From contig JBAZNQ010000001.1 of NCBI GenBank assembly GCA_041649135.1, forward strand, positions 361,983 through 425,982: 64,000 nucleotides of DNA. Direction: 5' to 3'. This document shows, piece after piece, positions 9,352 through 18,423 of the stretch. A program made the position numbers and the translations under genes. The notes under the pieces were generated by a model, which searched no databases, was not told where the DNA came from, and worked only from the letters and a program-made list of their open reading frames with translations. Each line of letters begins with the position of its first letter. Within the stretch, counting starts at the first letter, position 1. Source of the DNA: Patescibacteria group bacterium (GTDB lineage Bacteria > Patescibacteriota > Kazan-3B-28).

Positions 9352-10155
9352 ATGATCAGAATCGCCAAGCCCGAGGTATTTTTAGTCGGTCAAACCGTCA
9401 TCAATGTCCCAGGCCTTACTGCCTATCTAGCCAAGACTGGCAATCTTGAGTTTCTCGAAACCATCGCCGAAGCCAGAGCCGAAGGGCTAGGAGATATGGA
9501 GGTTCTTTCCAGTTTCTTCGCCAAGCTCTGTTACCGATCGTTAACCTCCGGTAAGAACGACAACGTCAGCAAGATGCGGTCTATCAGAGACAACATCATC
9601 GGTACCATCGAATCTGGTCACGGCTCTGTCTTCGAACATGCCGTACTCAACTTTGTGCTTAGCGATGTCTCGCGAGTACTAACACACGAGCTCGTTCGTC
9701 ATCGAGTTAGTGTTGCCTACTCGCAAGAATCTGGCCGTTACTGCCGATTGAGTCCAACCAACACCGGCATCTACATACCGCCAGAGATTGCTGGCAACCC
9801 CGAAGCAGAAGTTCTTTTCGTGAATGCTGCCGAGCAAGCACTAGTCACCGTTGCGCAACTCTATGATGCCTTTGGCATTGATGAGTTCAATTTCCATACC
9901 AAGAAACAACTGACTTCAGCAATTCGGCGCATTGCTCCGACCGGCATTGCTAACGAGATTGGATTCTCCGTCAACCTGCGCGCCGTGCGACACATCATTA
10001 CGATGCGCACCAATCGCGGAGCCGAACGGGAAATCCGACTTGTTTTCGGTCAACTGGCCAACATCGTGAAAGACATCTGTCCGCTCCTCTTCCACGGTGG
10101 CGAGTGCGTTGATGTCGACGGACTGCCAGAGTGGACATTCCCCAAGCACCTTTAG
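9352..10155 (+). CDS. thyX: FAD-dependent thymidylate synthase
   Basis: GHGSVFEHA, HELVRHRVSVAYSQESGRY (RHRx7SxR), AEREIR. Confidence 0.95.
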   Translation: MIRIAKPEVFLVGQTVINVPGLTAYLAKTGNLEFLETIAEARAEGLGDMEVLSSFFAKLCYRSLTSGKNDNVSKMRSIRDNIIGTIESGHGSVFEHAVLNFVLSDVSRVLTHELVRHRVSVAYSQESGRYCRLSPTNTGIYIPPEIAGNPEAEVLFVNAAEQALVTVAQLYDAFGIDEFNFHTKKQLTSAIRRIAPTGIANEIGFSVNLRAVRHIITMRTNRGAEREIRLVFGQLANIVKDICPLLFHGGECVDVDGLPEWTFPKHL

Positions 10156-10250
10156 CCGTCAAACATCAAATAAGCCCCGACCAAATGGTCGGGGCTTTTC
10201 TCGTAGAACGTTCGACGTCTGAAGAACGTTTGACGTTCCCAATGAGCAAC

Positions 10251-10862
10251 CTACTCCGCCTTCGGTAGAATCTCTTCCACCGCTTTGCGAATTCGTTGAT
10301 GCACCTCCTCTGGCGAACCAGTTGCGTCAATCTCGACCGCTTCTGGAAATTCATCAACCAGTTTGGTGTACTCCAGTTGCAGCCGATCCTGGAATGACAA
10401 GTTCTTGTCGTGCTCGTCGAGTGCGTCTCGTCCGGCTTCCATTCTGGTCCGTGCCGATTCGGTATCGAGATTCAGCCACAGCATTAAGTCCGGCACTGGA
10501 AACTTGCTGTTGGCTTGACGCAGTTGCTCGACATCCGCACCACCCGCCGCACCATAGGCATACGTTGAGTAGTAATATCTGTCACAGACCACTACTACTC
10601 CGGGTTGTCCCAAATGCTCTACCAGCTCGGGCAGATGTTCAGCCCGATCCTGGGTATAGAGCATCTGGAAATCGGTCGCCGGCAACATCGGTTCTTGCTT
10701 GTCTAACATCCGCCGAATCCGCCGACCATATTCGCTATCGGTTGGTTCACGCGTCTGCCAAACATCAAAACCGTGGCTCTTCAGCTGCTCCACTAACAGA
10801 GATACTTGCGTACCTTTGCCCACTCCATCGGGACCTTCTATGACAATAAACACTGATAACAC
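10251..10862 (-). CDS. tmk: Thymidylate kinase
   Basis: FIVIEGPDGVGKGTQ, TREP, DRYYYSTYAYG, PDL. Confidence 0.95.
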   Translation of the reverse strand: MLSVFIVIEGPDGVGKGTQVSLLVEQLKSHGFDVWQTREPTDSEYGRRIRRMLDKQEPMLPATDFQMLYTQDRAEHLPELVEHLGQPGVVVVCDRYYYSTYAYGAAGGADVEQLRQANSKFPVPDLMLWLNLDTESARTRMEAGRDALDEHDKNLSFQDRLQLEYTKLVDEFPEAVEIDATGSPEEVHQRIRKAVEEILPKAE

Positions 10863-10890
10863 CTCCCATTTTTATTCCACCTTCAAGGTT

Positions 10891-10956
10891 CTAGCCTGTC
10901 GACCCGAACCCCCCACGCGTCTTAGCTTTCACATTACCGACTTCTCTAAAGTCAGC
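10891..10956 (-). pseudogene. Displaced 3'-end fragment of dut (ADFREVGNVKAKTRGGFGSTG*)
   Basis: 66 nt; 20/21 aa identical to the dut C-terminus at 12168-12233, with mostly synonymous nucleotide differences. Confidence 0.93.
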
Positions 10957-10959
10957 CCC

Positions 10960-12117
10960 CTAGTCTGACCATGAAGCAAAAAACTTCGCCAGTTTAATCG
11001 TCGACTGGTTGCCGTAATTACTACCCTTCCCCGCTACTCCGTACACCATTTTTGGTTCAGCATTTAAATGTTCAAACTTAAATCTTGCAATTAGTTGACC
11101 ATGTGACAACCGTACTGGTACAGCTGCTTTGTTGCGCACCTCACATACTGCCGTGTTGCCACCCACTTCACCGTGCACACCATACCCAAAACCGCGATCA
11201 AAAAACCCAGCATAGTGACTTCTAAGTTCTCCATGAACGTCTGCGAAAGAAACCATCTCTGCACACACTCCGACTGGTATTCGCACTTTCTCGATCGTTG
11301 TCAACAACGCAAACTCATCTGGTTCTAACCACAACCCCCCATGGTCATCAAGCTGTTTCACCCTGAAATAAGTTCTCGGTTCAATAGTACCCTTATCGGT
11401 TAGTGATATTGGCTTACGAGTTCCAGTAACAACCAAATTACTCGGATCACTTTTTAAATCAACCCTTACCATTAAGTGATCATCATCGATCACTGGTTCA
11501 AGTCCAGGATTTTCGATCAAGCCATATTGACCATGCAACTCGCGCAATGTTTGATTATCAAAAAATTTGCGCTCGCCCCGAAATATCCGCAGTTGCGTCA
11601 ATGATACTCCGCTCTGCAATTTGACATAAAAACTTTGCGGCACCAAAATTGCGAACAATTTGCCTTTATATCCGCGTGGCACAACATTAAACTGTGTCCC
11701 ACCTTCTACTAACACAATACAGTGCAAGTCAATTCTTCCTGCCGACGATTTGGGGTTAATATACCCCCATTCATCCGGCTGAAAATCCAGCCTCACCCCC
11801 AATTCAACCAAATAAGTTCCACTTGTAAGCGTCCGATTACGTGCGCACTCTTCTTCCGAATATGAATTATAGCCGTACTCTTCTATAAACGCCTGCGAAT
11901 TAAACCCGTCTTTCAAATCTGGTATCCCTGCCACCTCCCACATCCTGTTCCCCGTCCGTAAATCCAAAGAACACGGTTGGATATCGCTCGACTCAACCAT
12001 GCCCGTAATCCGACCTTGCTCCAGTAGTTCACGCAACTGCCAATCTACCAACACCGCTCCTTGCTGCGTTACGAGTGGTTCTTGTAAACCAATACCAACC
12101 AGTTGGGTTGATTCCAT
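10960..12117 (-). CDS. dcd: dCTP deaminase, long two-domain type
   Basis: IQPCSLDLR, NPKSSAGRID, GELRSHYAGFFDRGFG, SNYGNQ. Confidence 0.9.
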   Translation of the reverse strand: MESTQLVGIGLQEPLVTQQGAVLVDWQLRELLEQGRITGMVESSDIQPCSLDLRTGNRMWEVAGIPDLKDGFNSQAFIEEYGYNSYSEEECARNRTLTSGTYLVELGVRLDFQPDEWGYINPKSSAGRIDLHCIVLVEGGTQFNVVPRGYKGKLFAILVPQSFYVKLQSGVSLTQLRIFRGERKFFDNQTLRELHGQYGLIENPGLEPVIDDDHLMVRVDLKSDPSNLVVTGTRKPISLTDKGTIEPRTYFRVKQLDDHGGLWLEPDEFALLTTIEKVRIPVGVCAEMVSFADVHGELRSHYAGFFDRGFGYGVHGEVGGNTAVCEVRNKAAVPVRLSHGQLIARFKFEHLNAEPKMVYGVAGKGSNYGNQSTIKLAKFFASWSD

Positions 12118-12167
12118 AAAGCCCTCCCTCCCCCATTTAAAACCTGCTTTATTCTACCACACCGCAC

Positions 12168-12599
12168 TTATCCAGTACTGCCGAACCCCCCACGCGTCTT
12201 AGCTCTTACATTACCGACTTCTCTAAAGTCCGCTCTCCCTATCCTAACAAATGTTCCTTGAGCAAATCTTTCGCCCTTTTCAATGGTCAAAATCTGATCA
12301 CCCGTATTTAATACCTGCACCAGCACCTCGTCTTCGGCTCCGCAATAATCACTATCAATAATTCCCACCCCATGCGGCATCACTAATCCCATTTTTTTCT
12401 TCGGTGTCCCAGACCTCAAAGTCACCATTAAATAAAATCCTTTAGGTGTCTCCACAATTAAATTGGAGGGGACTCGCACCAGCTCTTTCGGCTGGATTTT
12501 GATATCCTCCCGAGCATAAATATCAAACGCTGCCGCACCACTTGTCTGGTACTCCGGCATCGGCAAACTCGAATCTACTCGTTTGATATTCACTCTCAT
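12168..12599 (-). CDS. dut: dUTPase (trimeric type)
   Basis: GAAAFD, RSG, GIIDSDYCG, GERFAQ, RGGFGSTG; start taken as ATG 12599, after a TGnTATAAT motif. Confidence 0.95.
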   Translation of the reverse strand: MRVNIKRVDSSLPMPEYQTSGAAAFDIYAREDIKIQPKELVRVPSNLIVETPKGFYLMVTLRSGTPKKKMGLVMPHGVGIIDSDYCGAEDEVLVQVLNTGDQILTIEKGERFAQGTFVRIGRADFREVGNVRAKTRGGFGSTG

Positions 12600-12629
12600 A
12601 CCGGTCATTATATCACCCTCCCTAGTCCC

Positions 12630-12868
12630 GATTGGCCATTGGAGCGAGGTCGTATTGAATTGAGATAAATTGCCGTCGCGGGGGCATGTCTGACGAGAAC
12701 TTTGTTCGAGGAGTTTGCCCTTTAAGCGGTAAGACAATTTATCCAATGAACAGACCGAGCGAACACGGCCACGGCTTTGGTTACTTTCGCCAAGACGAAA
12801 GTAACGCCGGATCGAACGCCGGCGCAGCGTTCGCTAAACCAAACAGCCGGCTTTCGCCGGCTGCCTAA
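12630..12868. repeat. Dispersed structured repeat family B (second copy ~53915-54150)
   Basis: 67-nt core 12767-12833 is identical to 54056-54122; both copies share GGCATGTCTGACGAG upstream. Confidence 0.9.
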
Positions 12869-12888
12869 GAACAGAAACAAAAAATAAT

Positions 12889-12915
12889 TTAAACCGACTG
12901 TAAATCAACCCTCAC
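12889..12915 (-). pseudogene. Displaced 3'-end fragment of rplA (VRVDLQSV*)
   Basis: Aligns without gaps to the L1 C-terminus IKIDLSSI*, including the stop position, 32 nt downstream of the rplA stop. Confidence 0.65.
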
Positions 12916-12946
12916 CCTTCCGTCATTGGGCATTGGATATTGGACA

Positions 12947-13765
12947 TTAAATTGACGATAAGTCAATTTTGATCCCCGGGCCCATCGTCGTCGCCATACT
13001 CATCCGTTTGATGTAAGCACCCTTCGATGTCGCTGGCTTAGCCGCTTGGATCGCACTAACGATCGCTTTGAAGTTTGTCATCAAGTCCTCCGACTTAAAT
13101 GAAACTTTGCCGAATCCAAGATGAATGATCGCATCTTTATCGAGCCGGAATTCTACTTTTCCTTTTTTGAATTCTTCAACCGCTTTGGCTGGATCAGCCG
13201 TTACAGTTCCCGACTTGGGATTTGGCATCAAGCCTTTTGTCCCTAGTGTCTGACCAAGTTTACCAACTTGTGCCATTACCGACGGAGTAGCAATTACTAA
13301 GTCAAAATCCAACCAACCGTCTTGAATTTTTTTGATCATTTCTTCCAATCCAACATGATCAGCTCCCGCCGCTTTGGCTTTTTTGGCTTCCGCTTCCTCG
13401 GCCAAAACTAAAATCTTGCGGGTTTTGCCGGTACCAGCTGGCATTGAAACTGTTCCGCGAATATTTTGCTCCGGCTTTTTTGGGTCCAACCCCATTTGGA
13501 TATGTAATTCCACCGTCGCATCAAATTTACTTGGGGACGTTTCCTGTGCCAGTTGGATCGCTTCAGTCGCCGAATACATTTTGTTCTTATCTACCTTCGG
13601 CAAAACAGCCAGATATTTTTTACCTCGCCCAAACTTCCGCACTTTTGACTTTGGTTGCTTGGCAACCACTCCGACCTTAGCGTCGGAGCTACTCTGCTTT
13701 TTCACCGCCTTCTTAGCGGTCACCTTCTTTTTCTGCTGTTCAGCAGAACCCTTTGGGTCTTCCAT
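12947..13765 (-). CDS. rplA: 50S ribosomal protein L1 with Lys-rich N-terminal extension
   Basis: KFDATVE, LGTKGLMPNPKSGTVT, TTMGPGIKID; SD AGGAG before ATG 13765. Confidence 0.97.
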   Translation of the reverse strand: MEDPKGSAEQQKKKVTAKKAVKKQSSSDAKVGVVAKQPKSKVRKFGRGKKYLAVLPKVDKNKMYSATEAIQLAQETSPSKFDATVELHIQMGLDPKKPEQNIRGTVSMPAGTGKTRKILVLAEEAEAKKAKAAGADHVGLEEMIKKIQDGWLDFDLVIATPSVMAQVGKLGQTLGTKGLMPNPKSGTVTADPAKAVEEFKKGKVEFRLDKDAIIHLGFGKVSFKSEDLMTNFKAIVSAIQAAKPATSKGAYIKRMSMATTMGPGIKIDLSSI

Positions 13766-13780
13766 AATTTTTACTCCTGC

Positions 13781-13817
13781 GTGGTTCAAACGCATTGCCG
13801 ACTAGCAACACTCCCAC
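13781..13817 (-). promoter_or_regulatory. L1-binding leader of rplA
   Basis: GTGGGAG...GAACCAC immediately upstream of the rplA SD, as in Firmicutes-type L1 operators. Confidence 0.55.
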
Positions 13818-13920
13818 CTCAAAGTTATATATTGTGTCTAATTTTTACTGAAAGGAAAGAGAGCAGTAAGCTTGCCCCGACTTGTCGGGGTGGGCTTTGC
13901 CCATGAGCGTCGAGAGGAAA

Positions 13921-14280
13921 CTACTCGTGTCCTCTCGAGAGAGAATCTCTCTTGATCCAATTCCAATGGAACCACCAGAGCAACCAACCAATTACAACTG
14001 CTGGAATACTCTCGGTCGCTCTCCGACGAAATTCATTATCCTGTTGAATTGTAAACTGTTCTTTTTGCTGTTCTAGCGTCAAAGCCGTTACGGATTTATC
14101 AGACCCTTCTATGTCAGATGACATCCGATTGTAATCATATTGCACAAACTGCTGTGGCCAGACATACCGATTCATCGTTGCACCAATTCCGTTCACAACT
14201 CCGAAGATAAAAAAGAACAGACCCACTAACGCGAATAAATATAAATAAATTGTCCGAATCAAACCGTGTGCGTTTGCCAT
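13921..14280 (-). CDS. Hypothetical 2-TM membrane protein inserted between rplK and rplA
   Basis: IRTIYLYLFALVGL...IGWLLWWFHW. Confidence 0.75.
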   Translation of the reverse strand: MANAHGLIRTIYLYLFALVGLFFFIFGVVNGIGATMNRYVWPQQFVQYDYNRMSSDIEGSDKSVTALTLEQQKEQFTIQQDNEFRRRATESIPAVVIGWLLWWFHWNWIKRDSLSRGHE

Positions 14281-14534
14281 CCTATTACCCCCTGTGCTTA
14301 TGGCTGATATAGCAAAAATAACTATTAGTAGGAGAAAACCTCCCGCGGCTAGTATCATATTTTCAACCCCAGATCCTCGTCATTCTGGCAACTCTGCCGA
14401 AGAGCAGAGGCAACCAAAATCTTAAAAATTAATTGGCGAATTGACGAATTAAATTTCAACCCTCGTCCTTTCCTCTCCTCCATCCTTTGGTTAGATTGGT
14501 GCAGATTGGAAAAATTGGAATATTAAATCGCAGA

Positions 14535-14960
14535 CTAGTCTGCGATTTTTACTCCCATATTCCGAGCCGTCCCAGCAATAATTTTCATCGCCGCTTCTAC
14601 GTCTAATGCGTTCATGTCTGGCATCTTCTTTTCAGCGATTTCCCGTAACTGGGCACGAGTAAGCGTCCCAACAGTCTCTTTGTTCGAAACTTTAGCACCC
14701 TTGTCGATCCCCAACGCCTTCTTGATAAATTCCGACGCTGGCGGTTGCTTCAAGATAAACTCAAACGACCGATCTTCGTAGATCGTAATCAGGGCTGGGA
14801 TCACATTCCCCATCAGGGATTTAGTCGCTTCATTATACTGATTACAAAAATCCATGATCGCAATGCCATGTGGCCCTAAAGCTGTACCCACCGGAGGGGC
14901 GGGGTTCGCTTTACCAGCTTCAAGCTGAAGCTTCACAACTGCTTTTACCTTCTTTGCCAT
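14535..14960 (-). CDS. rplK: 50S ribosomal protein L11
   Basis: [24 protein letters not shown]. Confidence 0.98.
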   Translation of the reverse strand: MAKKVKAVVKLQLEAGKANPAPPVGTALGPHGIAIMDFCNQYNEATKSLMGNVIPALITIYEDRSFEFILKQPPASEFIKKALGIDKGAKVSNKETVGTLTRAQLREIAEKKMPDMNALDVEAAMKIIAGTARNMGVKIAD

Positions 14961-15134
14961 ACCTCGAGATTATTCCTTATCTGGAGCAATCTGTCAATCA
15001 AACCATTTGCCTACAACCTCAACCAAGACCATGAGCCAGAAAAATTCCTGTTTCTTATAATCAAGAACCATTGTGGCCAGTGAAGTAGAGCGAAGCTCAC
15101 TTCACGGCCATGAAGCGTGCTTTGCACTGCTTCA

Positions 15135-15210
15135 TGGAGCCGACTGTCGGATTCGGACCGACGACCTTTCGCTTACAAAGCGATTGCTCTACCAGCTGAG
15201 CTAAGTCGGC
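15135..15210 (-). tRNA. tRNA-Thr(TGT)
   Basis: Cloverleaf GCCGACT...AGTCGGCTCCA, anticodon TGT. Confidence 0.93.
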
Positions 15211-15213
15211 CTC

Positions 15214-15299
15214 TGGTGCCGGGACTAGGATTCGAACCTAGGAAGGCGTGAGCCAACTGATTTACAGTCAGTCCCGTTTGACCGCTTCGGTATCCCGGC
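15214..15299 (-). tRNA. tRNA-Tyr(GTA)
   Basis: GCCGGGA...TCCCGGCACCA, long variable arm, anticodon GTA. Confidence 0.95.
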
Positions 15300-15531
15300 A
15301 TGCTATATAATTTTTCAATTGCTTCTTTAAATATTGTCTACCGGAGCCACCTTTCAAAAATTTCTCTCGCCCAACTGCATCCATTTTATGTTGGTAACCC
15401 TCAAAATAAATTAATCTCCATCCCCAATGATTATTCAGCTGATGTTCCTGTAGTCTTCTCCTTAGATCAGAAGTGTATCCAATATACCAAGAGTAACTGT
15501 ACTGATTTTCCAACACATAGACAACAAACAT
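15268..15531 (-). CDS. Small GIY-YIG nuclease family protein
   Basis: VYVLE...WYIGYTSDLRRRLQEH...REKFLK; 3' end overlaps tRNA-Tyr. Confidence 0.85.
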   Translation of the reverse strand: MFVVYVLENQYSYSWYIGYTSDLRRRLQEHQLNNHWGWRLIYFEGYQHKMDAVGREKFLKGGSGRQYLKKQLKNYIACRDTEAVKRD

Positions 15532-15642
15532 GATTTTTACATGGCCGCGCAAAGGGCATTCGCCCCGCCCGGCTCACACAAAACACCTATATTTCAATAT
15601 TTCTCGTGGCTGCGCCACGCGATGAGCGCAGCGAATTTTGCG

Positions 15643-15718
15643 TGGAGCCGTTGACCGGGATTGAACCGGTGACCCCCTCCTTACCATGGAGGTGCTCTAC
15701 CAGCTGAGCTACAACGGC
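15643..15718 (-). tRNA. tRNA-Thr(GGT)
   Basis: GCCGTTG...CAACGGCTCCA, anticodon GGT. Confidence 0.95.
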
Positions 15719-15788
15719 AAACTCGTGTCTAGTGTCTAGAGATCAGCATCTAAAATTCCCATAGATACTAAATACTAGCCACTAGATA

Positions 15789-16367
15789 CTACTTAAGTTT
15801 CTCTTCCGCTTGTTTTAAAAGTTCTTGTGTCTGCTCATTCCTCGGATCCAAGATGATGGCCTTCTCATAAGCATCTGCCGCTTTCCGATATTTCTTAGTC
15901 ATAAAATAGGCCAACCCAAGATTTACTAACCGTGACGGAATTTTATCATTAATAGCGATCGACTTCTCATACGCATCGATTGCTCCATCGTAACTTTCCA
16001 TCTCGTAATACAGCAACCCAAGATTGTTGTAAAAAGTATCATTTTCCGGCTCCAGCTTCAACGCCTGCTTCAACGCCGACCTCGCATCCTTAAAGTTCTT
16101 TGATTGTAGATAGATCAGTCCCAACTTGTTGTACAATCCAGCATCATCCGGCTCCTTCCCCAAGATTTTCAAATACAGATTTTCAGCCTTCTTCAGCTCA
16201 CCTTTTTCAAAATGCTCATCCGCCAGCTCCCGTGGGGTTTTTTCTTTATCCTTCTCATCTACCACTCCATCAGCGTTTTTGTCAGCTGGAGTCAGATCCA
16301 CCGGCAACTTGCGAAGAACCATGATCAGAGCCAAGACAGTCGCCAAAAACACAATAACTTCCCACAT
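15789..16367 (-). CDS. Membrane-anchored TPR-repeat protein
   Basis: N-terminal TM helix; repeated YNKLG/YNNLG/VNLG TPR units. Confidence 0.9.
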   Translation of the reverse strand: MWEVIVFLATVLALIMVLRKLPVDLTPADKNADGVVDEKDKEKTPRELADEHFEKGELKKAENLYLKILGKEPDDAGLYNKLGLIYLQSKNFKDARSALKQALKLEPENDTFYNNLGLLYYEMESYDGAIDAYEKSIAINDKIPSRLVNLGLAYFMTKKYRKAADAYEKAIILDPRNEQTQELLKQAEEKLK

Positions 16368-16473
16368 AAAATCAGGCCCTCCTTTAACCAGCCTAGTATA
16401 CAGGAATCAGCTTACAGAACAAGTAATAGCCGCCTTGTGTACGCAAGGCGGCTCGGCAATGAAATCGATGGAT

Positions 16474-17037
16474 TTAGTAGAGGCATGACTGCAGACCGTC
16501 GTTGCTCGGCAGATTCCAGTAATTCTGCCATGCCACATTCATTTCTGAATGTGAGTACGGCTTCATGCACCGGAATAAACGAACGATCAGTTTTTCACTT
16601 GATGCGCTGGACTCCGACAACAAACTTGGCTCCACACAATCCCAGTGCAACATAAACAGCATTTTTGCCTCGGCACCCTGCAATAGACCGCGCGCCGGCA
16701 AGTCTTGCGCCAAACGGTCAGCTTGCGGATTGGTGTAGAACCAGTACGCCACACCCTCAAGAAGTCCGATAGTTGTCTGCACCACGATCAGATGCATCTT
16801 GTTGATGTCAGCCAGCACCCGCTGGAATTCTACTTTAGTCAGCTTGCGCTTTTCGGTGTAACGAACACCGATGCCGTACACCTCGCTGTGCACCTTGCCC
16901 ATCTCGACAGTATCGCTGTACAGCCTCTTCAACCATTCGATTTCCTGCTCGTACTGCTTGGGCGTACACCCAAGTTCCTTCAGTTCTGTTGGCGGAGACT
17001 CATCCGTCTCTCTATCGTTCAACATGGTATCGCCCAT
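16474..17037 (-). CDS. Hypothetical protein
   Basis: 187-aa ORF with SD-like GAGG and upstream TTGACT motif; no recognised family. Confidence 0.6.
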   Translation of the reverse strand: MGDTMLNDRETDESPPTELKELGCTPKQYEQEIEWLKRLYSDTVEMGKVHSEVYGIGVRYTEKRKLTKVEFQRVLADINKMHLIVVQTTIGLLEGVAYWFYTNPQADRLAQDLPARGLLQGAEAKMLFMLHWDCVEPSLLSESSASSEKLIVRLFRCMKPYSHSEMNVAWQNYWNLPSNDGLQSCLY

Positions 17038-17230
17038 ACCTGCCTCGCAATAACAAGGGACACATCCAACGCCCCCTGTGGATTTACCGCCCCCACCATA
17101 CCGACAACCCCTCTCCCAGTCAACTAAGACCCCGTTGGGGTAAATCTAGCCAATTTATCCAATTTATTCCAATCTAACCAAAAAGATATTGGCGAAGATT
17201 GTTTAGATTGTCGAGATTGGTGATATTTAT

Positions 17231-18109
17231 CTACAGCGCCAGCAACAATGTATCGATCGCTCCTTTCAAATTCACATTATCCCGAATCTGCTTTACTGCT
17301 ATCTGCATCCGTTCTAGTCCTTTGACCGCTTTTTCATTCGGCAACATTTCCCTCCAAACCATCATCCCAGCCCGAATAAACTCCACCGCTTCATCGCGAT
17401 CTTTCAATTTTTCCGACCAACCAAATTTTGTTTCAACATCAGCCGTCTGCACTTTTTGCCAGAATGTCATCATTTCCTTATAGTCCACCCACCAAATCGA
17501 CATTTCTTCCCAATCTTTTACTTGCCCAGCACTCCCACCCGAAGCCGCAATTTGTTCGTCAGTAGCCTGTGGCACAATTTTTTTAATTTCTGCATCTGTC
17601 AGCGGACCGAATCTCACTACTTGTGCTCGTGACACGATCGTTGGCAACAACGCCTCTTCATTCGGCACGATCAAAATGATCACCGTGTCATCTCTCGGCT
17701 CTTCCAAAGTTTTCAACAACGCATTTTGAGCCGCATCATTTAAATTTTGGGCATCATCAATAATTGCCACTTTATATTTCGATACCATTGGCGACATCAT
17801 CAACCGTCGTGTCAGTTCCCGCATTGCCCCAATCCATTCCCTGGTCTTTTCTTTACTGACCTCATCTAAAATCTGCGAATACCAAAACGTATCCGGATGA
17901 TTTTGTGTTGCTGGTGGCTGGTGGCTAGTGGCTAGTGGCTGACTATGCAAATATTGTGCCAACGCTTTCGCCGCCGTCCTTCTTCCCACACCCTTCGGCC
18001 CAGCAAATATCAACGCTTGCGGCAAATTTCCCGACTCCAAAGTCGCCAACAACCATTTCTTGGCTGTTGCCTGTCCCTCCAAATCAGAAAACACCTCCTT
18101 CACTTCCAT
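17231..18109 (-). CDS. holB: DNA polymerase III subunit delta'
   Basis: ALIFAGPKGVGR, HPD, AQNALLKTLEEP, LLPTIVSRAQ. Confidence 0.92.
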   Translation of the reverse strand: MEVKEVFSDLEGQATAKKWLLATLESGNLPQALIFAGPKGVGRRTAAKALAQYLHSQPLATSHQPPATQNHPDTFWYSQILDEVSKEKTREWIGAMRELTRRLMMSPMVSKYKVAIIDDAQNLNDAAQNALLKTLEEPRDDTVIILIVPNEEALLPTIVSRAQVVRFGPLTDAEIKKIVPQATDEQIAASGGSAGQVKDWEEMSIWWVDYKEMMTFWQKVQTADVETKFGWSEKLKDRDEAVEFIRAGMMVWREMLPNEKAVKGLERMQIAVKQIRDNVNLKGAIDTLLLAL

Positions 18110-18145
18110 AATCCGATTATACCAGCCCATACCCACTTACCCCCT

Positions 18146-18410
18146 TCCCCCTCGAATCAAACTCGTTATCGCAAAGCAAAATCCGGCTAGTTTAGCGCGA
18201 GCCCTGAACCCCGACTACCCGAGAATATCAACCAGTCGGGGTGAATCGGCTCAAACATAAGCCAGACAGCCAAGATTTTGCTATTGCGATAGAGTTTGGT
18301 AAGCGGAGGTGAGTTTTTCTGTCAGTTTTTGCTCATTCAAAAACTGACCGCCCAGCGCGCGGGGGCGTAGACCGCGCATAAAAGAAGACCGCCCTTTCGG
18401 GCGGTTCTTG
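18146..18410. repeat. Dispersed structured repeat family A, copy 1 (others ~18979-19240 and ~43535-43770)
   Basis: Shared blocks AAAATC...GAATCGGCT...ATAAGCCAGA...GGTGAGTTTT...GCCCAGCGC...GCGTAGACCGCGCATAAAA in all three copies. Confidence 0.9.
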
Positions 18411-18423
18411 AAAACAAAGTTGC

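Noticed and set aside
14448-14465. RVEI* as an rplK tail remnant
   Set aside because: Only four codons in AT-rich spacer; not distinguishable from chance.
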